From positions 8,494,001 through 8,558,000 of the forward strand of contig CP110439.1 of assembly GCA_026914245.1 (NCBI GenBank): DNA of 64,000 nucleotides, read 5' to 3'. The translations under genes were made by a program, and so were the position numbers. The notes beneath the pieces were generated by a model. The model made no database searches. It had not been told where the DNA came from and worked only from the letters and a program-made list of their open reading frames with translations. This document shows, one piece after another, positions 25,649-36,057 of the stretch. This DNA is from Puccinia triticina (lineage: Eukaryota). Positions within the stretch are counted from its first letter, which is position 1. Each line of letters opens with the position of its first letter.

Positions 25649-26630
25649 CCAAAGCACACTCCGTAATAGATAGGAGTGTGCCAAAGCACACTCCGTAATA
25701 GATGGGAGTGTGCCAAAGCACACTCCGTAATAGGAGTGTGCCAAAGCACACTCCGTAATAGGAGTGTGCCAAAGCACACTCCGTAATAGGAGTGTGCCAA
25801 AGCACACTCCGTAATAGGAGTGTGCCAAAGCACACTCCGTAATAGGAGTGTGCCAAAGCACACTCCGTAATAGGAGTGTGCCAAAGCACACTCCGTAATA
25901 GGAGTGTGCCAAAGCACACTCCGTAATAGGAGTGTGCCAAAGCACACTCCGTAATAGGAGTGTGCCAAAGCACACTCCGTAATAGGAGTGTGCCAAAGCA
26001 CACTCCGTAATAGGAGTGTGCCAAAGCACACTCCGTAATAGGAGTGTGCCAAAGCACACTCCGTAATAGGAGTGTGCCAAAGCACACTCCGTAATAGGAG
26101 TGTGCCAAAGCACACTCCGTAATAGGAGTGTGCCAAAGCACACTCCGTAATAGGAGTGTGCCAAAGCACACTCCGTAATAGGAGTGTGCCAAAGCACACT
26201 CCGTAATAGGAGTGTGCCAAAGCACACTCCGTAATAGGAGTGTGCCAAAGCACACTCCTTAATAGGAGTGTGCCAAAGCACACTACGTAATAGGAGTGTG
26301 CCAAAGCACACTCCGTAATAGGAGTGTGCCAAAGCACACTCCGTAATAGGAGTGTGCCAAAGCACACTCCGTAATAGGAGTGTGCCAAAGCACACTCCGT
26401 AATAGGAGTGTGCCAAAGCACACTCCGTAATAGGAGTGTGCCAAAGCACACTCCGTAATAGGAGTGTGCCAAAGCACACTCTGTAATAGGAGTGTGCCAA
26501 AGCACACTCTGTAATAGGAGTGTGCCAAAGCACACTCTGTAATAGGAGTGTGCCAAAGCACACTCTGTAATAGGAGTGTGCCAAAGCACACTCCGTAATA
26601 GGAGTGTGCCAAAGCACACTCATGTTCTAG
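25649..26630. repeat. Tandem array of a 28-bp palindromic unit GGAGTGTGCCAAAGCACACTCCGTAATA, about 34.5 copies
   Basis: Units start at 25673 and 25705, then every 28 bp from 25733 to 26601. 9-bp stem with a CAAA loop. Ends ...GCACACTCATGTTCTAG. Confidence 0.98.
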
Positions 26631-26649
26631 CATTGAAATTTAAAGAACA

Positions 26650-28422
26650 CTAGAGGCCAAGGCGGCTGTGCCGCTGCAGAGCCCAGATGCCCAGCTCCAC
26701 TATTCTTCAGCCAGCAACAGTACTTTTTGTACTCAGCAACAGTAATGTTTGTACTCAGCAGCCTTAGTTTCTTTACTCAGCAGTGGTATTTTATGTTTTC
26801 ATGTTTTTGAATGCTAAATGCACACATTTTTTGAGGTGATATGTTGTAATCTCACAGTTTAATTTTTCTGTTGGGCAAAAAATGAATGCCTTGGAAAATA
26901 TTTGAAGTGATAAAATTCACTATCATTCAGATAGATCTACTTCCTGTAATCTGAAAGATCTGGATATCCTTCTTGGTGGGTCACACAATCCATATAGGCT
27001 CAAGCTGATGAAATTATGAGATCAGTGAGGTTATTGGTTGGGGTTATACATAACCTCATCCAAGTGGTTGAGTGTGTTGTACAATTTATCACTTCAAATA
27101 TTTTCCAAGGCATTCATTTTTTGCCCAACAGAAGAATTAAACTGTGAGATTACAACATATCACCTCAAAAAATGTGTACATTTAGCATTCAAAAACATGG
27201 AAACATAAAATACCACTACTGAGTAAAGAAACTAAGGCTGCTGAATACAAACATTAATGTTGCTGAGTACAAAAAGTACTGTTGGTGGTTGAAGAATAGT
27301 GGAGCTGGGCATCTGGGCTCTGCAGCGGCGCAGCCGCTGTGGTCATTATTCCTGTGTTTGTAGGAGGAAAATTCAAACTTTTATGTGTACTCACAAAACG
27401 CCTCAAGATACAGCCAACTGGAAAGCAGAAATGGAATCTAGGACCAAAATAGCCCCTAGTCACCCATTGAAACCACCCTCATATCTCTACCGGATCAGAA
27501 GATACGCAAATCACCCCTTTCACGCACCAGTCCGAGTGGGTTCACACACAGACTCAACTCTTGGCTACCATACTTGGCATAATGCATACGGCACATGAAT
27601 TACTTTTCTTCCTTCCTTTTATCAGGCCTCACCTCCTATTTCCCCTTGCATATGTTTGTTTCCCATTTGCATATCTTTGATCTTGGAAAATCCTTGTATG
27701 AATATATATGATCCTGTTTGCATATCAAAGGGACGCATTGTAAATAGTCTAGCTAAATTCCCTCAGTTGTACTTTCTCACCAGCCAAATTCCCTCAAAGC
27801 TGTTCCCCTGGAGCTAAATTCCCTCATCATAATTGTCTATATAAGGAGGCCTCTGCCTGCCAGTTGTTTTCTCCTCATCCCATCAGGGGACATTACCCCT
27901 CAGATCCTCATGCCATCCAGCGGTCTATATTCTCTACTCACTTATCACTCATATTATCCATCCATATCACAGTTATCAGCTCACATCACCACTCAGTTTC
28001 ACATACCTTTCACACTTTATTTGAAATTCATATCACCGCTCAGTCACACACCTTTCACCAGTAACCAGTCCCCGGTTCCACTCCTGGTTGAGCTTAGCTC
28101 CCTCTCACCCTCATCACTCCTCCCTTTCTGAACTTATATACCCCCAGGCCAAGGACCTAGGTTCAAGCCCCACTCGAGACATCAAGTCGCCGTCACCTAT
28201 CACATACATCAGTAACCCCATCAACCTCGGACATCAACAACAATCCTCTTATATATCTCATCTTCGAACATATCCTATCACAAAATAAATTTCCAAGCTT
28301 ACCTTGGTGGTCTTGTTTTCTGATATACAGAAAGGCAGAGCTTGCACCTCACCCATACCTTTCGCCATTCAGCAAAAGGGTCTAACGACACCTTTTGAGT
28401 CTTACACCGCCTTGGCCTCTAG
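26650..28422. mobile_element. Foldback element: ~265-bp inverted arms, each ending in a Helitron-like hairpin plus CTAG
   Basis: 26650-26915 is the reverse complement of 27085-27337 plus 28411-28422. Spacer about 170 bp. No TSD found. Confidence 0.75.
27338..28406 (+). mobile_element. Solo LTR
   Basis: TGTGGT...GAGTCTTACA ends, 4-bp TSD CCGC, TATATAAGG box near 27840, shared blocks with the LTR at 57845. Confidence 0.85.
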
Positions 28423-28546
28423 TTATACACTGCTACTAATTGACCATTTCTTCCAGATCATCCACTCCAGCCGATTCGCCATCAGATTCTTGATCATTGA
28501 GCACTTCCTCTTCCATAAGCAGGTCCAATTCAACAGGGGCGTCGTT

Positions 28547-30830
28547 TCAATTAGAAATTGACTGGAGGAATTCCATCAATGCTAGCCATTGAGGTGGCAA
28601 GAGGTTTTGATCGATTAAACTAAGTGCTACCATCCCCTTGATCGTGTCGTTCCAGCCGAGTAGAAGCTTTTCGTGATTTGTTAGTTCGGCATCTAACTCC
28701 TCACTGACCAAAACCTTGGCACTACTGCCAGCTGAGCCGAGTAATTTTTCCATGGCTGTTGTCAGATCGCTTTCCATGGGTCCTGTTGTGTGTCAAATTT
28801 GTTAGCAACACTGGCCTGAGAAGAATACAAAATGGTGCAAAACACACCCAGCACACATTGATCAATACAACTTTTGAGCTGATCTCGGTGAAACACCCCC
28901 CAGGTCAGGCAACGCCAAATCTCAATGATCAACTGATCAATTTCCTCCTTTGCTCGATCAATCCCTAGAGTGGCATGGATACCGGTGCGCACAAGTGAAT
29001 CCAAGGCCCATGGTTCTTTCAACAAGCACATGTAACCGTCATTCCAAAAGGGATCGTCAAGAGTCAGCTTCGAAAATTGCCAATAGTCAATTGGTTTGTT
29101 CTCCGGGAGGTTCAGCTGATTGGGGGCGTGATTCTTCAGGTAATTGGTCCGGCAATTGCAGAACAAATTGAGAACTTTGATGACACCCTTCTTGCGTTGG
29201 TTAAGTGCATCACAAATTTTTTCCTTGAGAATTGTACCTAGTCGTTCTCCGCGGGCCTTACAATCTTGGAGAGGTTGCATTTCGCCCTGGAGCTCCACAG
29301 CGGCTTTGAAGAGAGCTGTTTTAGCGCTCCAAAGCAGTCCTAATCTCCGCTCCTGCTCCACTATTCTCAGAAATCAAAAATAAGCCTAGAAAACTTGTGA
29401 GGGAGCGAGCAAAATTTATTTGTTATTCTACTTACAGTTCCTCAGGGTGACCACAGAAAAGTATGAGCCTAATTTCTTGGCTTGTTCATCCTGTTCTTTC
29501 TGGAGGTTTTGTATCTGCTCGAGTATGTTGAGTGCGTGAGTTGGATTTGAGTCAGGGGATGGATTGGCCAGGCTTTCTAAGAAATTTGTCCTACAAAGGG
29601 GAAACAAATTGTCACAATTGATGGTGTGCAGGACTCAACGACAAACAGGACAATGATTTGAAACATACAGCAGCATTTTCAAAGCCTCTCCTCGTTTGTA
29701 AAACTGTGCTTGTTCCTCTTTCTTAAGGCACTCCTCCTTGTTTTGTTTCAACTCGTAATCCCGCTGGCTTTGCCATTGTGCTCGAAAGAAATCTTCATTG
29801 AAGAGTTGGCCTGTGGCATGTGGGTTTAATTGAACTAGTACCTGTCCAATACACTCTGAAAGTACTTCCTGTTCCTAAGTGCGTGCACTAATTTCCTTTT
29901 CAAGGTCAAGACTATTGACCACGCAACAACAGGTCAGAATAATAATTTTGAAGCATAACAACAAATAATGTTCAGGATAAAATAAAAATACCCAGTTTCT
30001 CAATCCCCAGGATGTTGTGGAAGTGCAAACAATGGTCAAGGGCGTTGAATCAATGGCTTCTTGCTCCATATTGTTGAGGACCAATTAGCGGAGAGAGAGA
30101 AGACCAAAGACGCTCCATGCCTTCTCCATCACTTAATCCCCAACCTTCATTGTACCTGGGGTTGTACTCAATCTGACATTTCCAGTCATGTACATAAGAA
30201 TGGAACACAGCAGTTGCATATTGTATTCTAGAGGAATACTTGGTTAGCAACTTTTGGGAGGTGAAGAATTTCCAAAGAGTACAACCAATATCATATAGTA
30301 AACCAATATTAATCTGGGGATCAACATCAGTGAAAATCTGCTTGATGATCAACATTGGAAGCCCGCGTCCTTCACCCGCCTTGTGAATATTGCAGAAATA
30401 AAGGACAGAGTCGTGTCAACAGCAACAACCAAACAGGCCTGTGTCATCGCAACCTTTCCAGGTGCTGGCGTTTCTTCGGTCGTCTGCAGCTTTATGCTGT
30501 TTGGTGCAACGATCTTTCTGTTTGACAATGCGGAACATTTTTTGAGACAATTTCCGGTAGTATTTTATTCAACAAGAAACTTACACCCCGCTTTGTCTTT
30601 TTTTGGGCTACTCCAGCTTCAAGAATTTGTTTGTCACAAGCCTTGATTTCTTCGGGGGGTATGAATACCTGTGGTACTTCAAGGGGGAGATGGGTTTTTT
30701 CGGCTTGCTCGTGATGGCGATGCTGAAAATTACCATCCATACAAATAAAAACTTTGTTGTTGTCTTCTGATTGACATGGGTTAGTCACCACAGCTGCTCG
30801 ACCAAAACACGCAGGACAAGATCGTTGAAC
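28547..30830 (-). pseudogene. KDZ (Kyakuja-Dileera-Zisupton) transposase, 5'-truncated and degenerate
   Basis: RSCPACFG, ICMDGNFQHRH, YDIGCTL, FHSYVHDWKCQ, GWGLSDGEGMERLWS, LDDPFWNDG. Several introns and stops. No upstream CxC region seen. Confidence 0.88.
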
Positions 30831-30901
30831 ACCCAACGTTTGCTTGATAAGAATATTGGCCCGTGTTTTTGTTAGGGAGGGGAGGGACTCACACTCCCTC
30901 A

Positions 30902-32144
30902 TCAATCCAACGGCGTTTGATATGAAAAATCTGGAAACTCAAAGCTTTTTGAGCCGCTTTGCGGCGTCCTTGAGGATTGCCTTGCGCCGTCTTCCCCGGG
31001 CCGGCTTTGGGGCGCTGTTGTCTTCTTCCTCTTCTTCGGGTTCGATATCAACCTCCCCATCATCTTCAGTTTCGTCCTCCGACTCTTCCCCATCGGTGGC
31101 TTTCTCCTTTCCCTTGGACTTGGAGGGGCCGGCCGTCGGTGATATCTTTGCAAAGGTTCTTTTCGCAGGTGAGTGGGTTGGAGTAGTAGCCGGGGAAGCT
31201 AAGTCTTCCGACCCAAGCTTCAATCTTTAACGTATAACGAATCAGCTCCCGTCAACCCAAAAGCATGTCGTTACGTACATGTTCCTTCCTTTACCATGAA
31301 CCCCCGGTTTCCCCAGCGAAGCCAAACCGCTCGCACGGCTCGGTTGGTGCCCGCTCGTAATACTGCAATCGTTGACCTGAATAACATTTGAGTCAGGAAG
31401 GAGTAAAGTCGAATGGGTAACGGAACCTTACTAAAATGATGGCCATTTTATTCTCTATGTCAAAGTCCACAAGCACGCCGGCAATCTCGCATTCCCTCCC
31501 AACGACGTAAAGGGAGTGGGTTTTGATAAAGTTTTTTGACCCTGGAATGACATACTTCACCTTGAACGTTTTGTGGCGGCGTTCCTGAAGGCAAATGATT
31601 AGTTTTACATCACAAAAGGTAGGGGACGAACTTACCTGTGAGTCCCAATCACTGTGTTCCATGGTGACTTCCAGGCATCTGTCGTTGCCGTTTGCGACCT
31701 CCTCGCGTTTGACGACGATACCAAGGCCGAGCACACTTGCCTTGTTGGCGAATTCGAATCCCTCTTCGCCAATTTCTCGAACCCGAGCAACCGAGTGTTG
31801 ATTGTAAGTCAAAATAGGTGTCTTGCCGTCGTTCGTCGCAATCAATTTGCCAGCCATATAGTAAACTACGTTCGCAACCAAGATGTTTGCGAGGGCCGTG
31901 TTTGTCGTCAGAGTAATTTCAAAATCCCGTTGGGCAGTCCCGTCAACCCCCGCGCATTGCACGAAAGATTGAGTCGTCACGTTTCCATACTGATTTGCGC
32001 GAACGTTCTCCGGAACCGACTAAACACGTTATCATATAAGTAAACCTTGCTGAATTTGAAACTGAGAAAACAACGTACATCTTCGAGAGGTTCGTAGTGG
32101 CTCGTCATGTGGACGGGGTGGTTGGGATTCCTGTTCACGGCCAT
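30902..32144 (-). CDS. Uncharacterised multi-exon gene upstream of the KDZ transposase (probable element accessory gene)
   Basis: Starts MAVNRNPNHPVHMTSHYEPLE. Beta-rich middle (31393-31980). Acidic then basic tail (EESEDETEDD...PARGRRRK). GT-AG intron-like breaks. Confidence 0.6.
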
Positions 32145-32444
32145 CCCAGCGTTTCGGAAGCGACAGAGAGAATTGCAAGGGAGCAATAGATGGAAAGATA
32201 CGACGAGGTTCGGAGGTCAAATCGCGAGCGGGGAGATCAAGTCAAGTGGGCAGGTCGATTGTTGTCAAGGTCCAGCAGTTAGTTGGTACGGTTAATGGTT
32301 GAGTTTGTGGGGAGATAGAGGAAGAGCGGCGAAAGCCCCACCTTTATATTTTGCATGGAGTCGTATCGCCAGAGCGTGCGTGAAGAGCCAGTCTGGCAAG
32401 GCGCAGGAGGGACGAGGTTGCGCAGTCAGCGCTGGTGAGTGCCA

Positions 32445-32939
32445 TCAGGGTCTGAGTAACCATCGCCAAGCGAACACACTCCTCTGATCGATTGCCGTCC
32501 GGACCCGCGCAACGAGAGAGCCTGGCCGTTGAAGCTCATGTATAATTGAGGGACGAGGGACTGTACCAATACTTGTGTAAGGGTGAGGGAATGCAACTTC
32601 GCGACGGAGATCTGTAATCGTCCTTTGGAGAAACAGGAGCCCACGACATGACCCATCGTGGAGTAGAGAAAAACGGGGATGAGTCCGGCTGGTAGGGTCC
32701 AAGTTGGCGTACTCCAATACCGCCTGCGTCAGAGCCGCCGCGGGGACCAAATGCGGGAGGGCTGACATCATCACCAAATCTGCTTCGCGTCGCAGGCGCC
32801 GCTGTAACTGGAACAAACAAGCGACGCGGCCGTCAGGAAATGAGTTGAAACAGCCACGCGAAACGTTTGACATACAGGCACCCGCTGCACCCCCGAATAA
32901 AACTTCTTTAATTGCTAAAAAAAGGGCCTGAGAACCCAC
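32445..32939 (-). CDS. Uncharacterised ORF, probable second accessory gene of the KDZ block
   Basis: 164-aa open frame with protein-like composition. A weakly similar relic lies at ~37340-37740. Confidence 0.4.
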   Translation of the reverse strand: MGSQALFLAIKEVLFGGAAGACMSNVSRGCFNSFPDGRVACLFQLQRRLRREADLVMMSALPHLVPAAALTQAVLEYANLDPTSRTHPRFSLLHDGSCRGLLFLQRTITDLRREVAFPHPYTSIGTVPRPSIIHELQRPGSLVARVRTAIDQRSVFAWRWLLRP

Positions 32940-34405
32940 ACATGCTGATCTTGCAAAGATTGTCCCACCCAGCCCCTTCCCGGTGCAAGAATGCCTCCTC
33001 GGCCTTCAGTTACCCCTCCCGATGGCCGCCGATGTGATAGGTCATCAAAAGGAGGAGACAGTGGCCATCGAGAGGACTCTCCTCCTCTAGACGTGCAGTC
33101 GGACCGGCCATCGAAGGGAGTGTTTACTCCATTCGATGGCCAGTCTCATTGTCAAGCATGTACAAGTGCCGAGGATTCTGCCCGGTGGGAATGAATCATT
33201 CTTGGCAAGCATATGTGCAGGTGATTGCCGGGGAGCAACCTCGGCAAGGATGTAGACTAGCTGGTGCATTGTAAGGAGCAATATTCCCCCCGGGCCCGGC
33301 GAGCCAAGTGAATTACAAGGAGCGATATTCTCCCCGGGCCCGGCGAGCGAAGACACCTTCCGCCGTCCGGCCAGTCAATACACATAGCTGCTGTCCGCCT
33401 GGAGCAGCCTTCCTTGGCTAGCAGGTACGGACTGCTCCATGGTGGAATCCTTCCCGATGTGCAGGTGCTCACCGAAGAAGTTACCTTTTTTTACGCGGTT
33501 GTTGTTCTGGTGGAGACTGTTGCTGATTTGTCCTCGCAACTGGCTCTCTTTTCGGAAATAGAGAAGTTTTATTCAATTCCTCGCACCCGCTTCGCCGCTT
33601 TGGGATGTTGCTGATGCTGACTTCGTCGGAGAGTCCACTTTCGTGCTATGAGGCGTTTCTGATGCTTACTTCGTCGGATAGTCGGGAAGAACTGCTGATT
33701 GTCGGCTATACGGATTGAGCGGATCCGCCTCGCTTGCGATGAGTGGTTCGGTCGGTTCCGGCGAAACACGCCACGTTTGGAATGGGTTGGACTGTAAGGG
33801 ACCGATCTTCAGCAGGACCCCCTCCTGGGAGACGGTAGGCCCTCCCGAGCCTGCGCCGCGGGCGTCAAGTACTTGTGTGTAAACAGAATGCCGATTTGGG
33901 ACATCGCCTGAAACGCGAGCCGCCCCCTGTCGCATACACTTCCGAGTTTGATCGTATTTCGAACACGGGTTTTGCCTTGACTATCGCTCTGGTTGAACGT
34001 GCTCAGGAGGGATAATATATAACGGGCCCGTTGGTCCACATTTTTCCCCCGGAGGCCCGAGCTCCTCTGTTGCATTTGCACAGTTTGAGCACGCGTCGTC
34101 CTCCCCCTCCGCTCTTGCAATTGCATTAAGCCCGAGGTACAAAATCACCTTTACTGCCGTGTGAAACTTGCACACCCTTTTGCAATACGCCGCCGCTCTG
34201 CAGTTGCAAGTGGCCAAAATCAAATATTTTCTGCGATTGCGCTTTCAGCGCTTTCTTTTTGCCCCCCTCCTTCCCTTGCAATTGCAACTGGCACGAGGGG
34301 GTTGAACCCTACCCCTTTTCATTACTGGTTCAGAAATTGGGGGGCAAGTCCGAGGCATTTATGTTCGGGGACTTTAATTTTATTTTCTTGCGGTATTAAG
34401 CGTAA

Positions 34406-34435
34406 CTAGAGGCCAGGGCGGCTTCGCCGCTGCAG
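34406..34435 (-). mobile_element. Helitron-like 3' terminus
   Basis: Minus strand CTGCA-GCGGC-GAA-GCCGC-CCTGGCCT-CTAG followed by T. Confidence 0.65.
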
Positions 34436-34863
34436 ATCAAAGATTAATATATTCCAACCCTTTTTCACAATTACCCCTTGAATACTTGACACAAATCTGT
34501 GCAAACAGGTAGTTGCATCATACACTGCAATTCAAAATTTAAAATGTGATTTGAACTTGGTTACACAAGTTGAAATGTGGGGGTCTTGTGATGGTTACAG
34601 TCAACTTTCCCTCAGAATTCAAATCAAGAAACAATTTATCAATCAAGATCAGCTCCACAGTGATAGCAAACAACCTAAAATTTTTGATAAATTATCTTTC
34701 AAAGCAAAAGGATCATAATACATAGAAAACAAGTTTGAGGTCAAAGGAGGAGGTTCTACGGATGGGTGTGTCAAGAAAAAGGTTTCACAGATACTACTAT
34801 ACTAAAATCATGAAAATGAAAGGCAAAGGAAAAAGAAATTACTTTATAATTCAAGCTAGATTC

Positions 34864-36057
34864 ATGTCACAGACCAGGTGCACCACCAACTTCCATTCAA
34901 CATTGACACTCTCCTACAACTCTCACATTCTCCTTCCTGAAGAAACAGAAAAGGAAGCTGATTCGCTTGTTGCAACATCTAGGGTCTACCTCGATATTAC
35001 ACGTGGTGGCAAGGTAAATCCACATTTCGATTTATCTATATTGTGCGGCAATCCGGGATGAAGCTCTGATCGAGTGTTGTGTGCTTGTCTTGTGCGGTAA
35101 AAAGCCGTTAGGAAGGGTCGTGATTGCACTGTTCAAGAGGACACCTAAAACTAGTGAAAACTTCAGAGTCCTGGCTATTGGTAACACGAAATCTGCCAGT
35201 GGTACTCCCTTGGCCTACAAGGGATCCAGCTTTCATCGAATCATCAAAAATTTTGTAAGGCTTCTACTTTGGCTTAGTTGTGAAACGGCCACCAAAAAGG
35301 CTGAACTAAACTGCTATTCTGCTTTACCTTCCTTCCTCGGCTTGCCCGATCGCTGCTTACCTCGCTCCTCAGATGATCCAAGGTGGTGGTGAGTACCTTT
35401 CGCCTGGCCACAATATCCATTTTTATTCTTAGCTGACTCTGGGTTGGGACCATTCTCACTAGATTTCACCAAGGGAGATGGAACCGGTGGTGAATCAATT
35501 TACGGTAACAAGTCAGTGAAACTTCAGCAATAACAAACACCCTAACGATTGCTCACAAGTTGCATGCTGGGTTTGACTGATGGTTTTTGCGGATTTATCA
35601 TTGGATCATAGATTTCCAGACGAGAACTTTTTATACAAACACGAAGGTCCTGGGACGCTATCAATGGCAAACGCAGGTCCAGACACCAATGGCTCTCAGT
35701 TCAGTCGAATGATCTTCCAGACCCGGTTTCAGGTATCGGTAAATTGACCGAGTGTATGATCTTCATAGGTTTTTCCTTTGCACCGTCACGACTTCTTGGT
35801 TAGACGGGAAACACGTCGTGTTTGGCAAGGTTGTTGAAGGCATGGTATGTGTCATTTTCTTCTTCTTCAATTATGAGAGTGATCCCAATCATTTCGCGCT
35901 CCCATTCTAGGACGTCGTCTACGACATCGAATCATCCAAGACTGATAGCAGAGACAGACCGCTCGAGAAGGTCGTCATCGCGGATTCCGGGGAGCTTGAA
36001 ATCGAAGAACAAGTAGACGAGGAAGGGAACAAGGTACCTCTCCGAGTCGAGCTATAG
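34864..36057 (+). CDS. Cyclophilin-type peptidyl-prolyl cis-trans isomerase (cyclophilin B-like C-terminus)
   Basis: Exons read (MSQTR)[10 protein letters not shown] / [20 protein letters not shown]...[13 protein letters not shown] / MIQGG / [17 protein letters not shown] / FPDENF...[14 protein letters not shown] / [25 protein letters not shown] / ...VPLRVEL-stop. First exon uncertain. Confidence 0.93.

Noticed and set aside
25649..26630. CRISPR array (28-bp palindromic repeats)
   Set aside because: There are no unique spacers (the 6-bp linker is constant), no cas genes, and the context is eukaryotic.
25521..26633. Long minus-strand ORFs of 244-343 aa
   Set aside because: They are a by-product of a stop-free 28-bp repeat; all three frames give the same periodic peptide.
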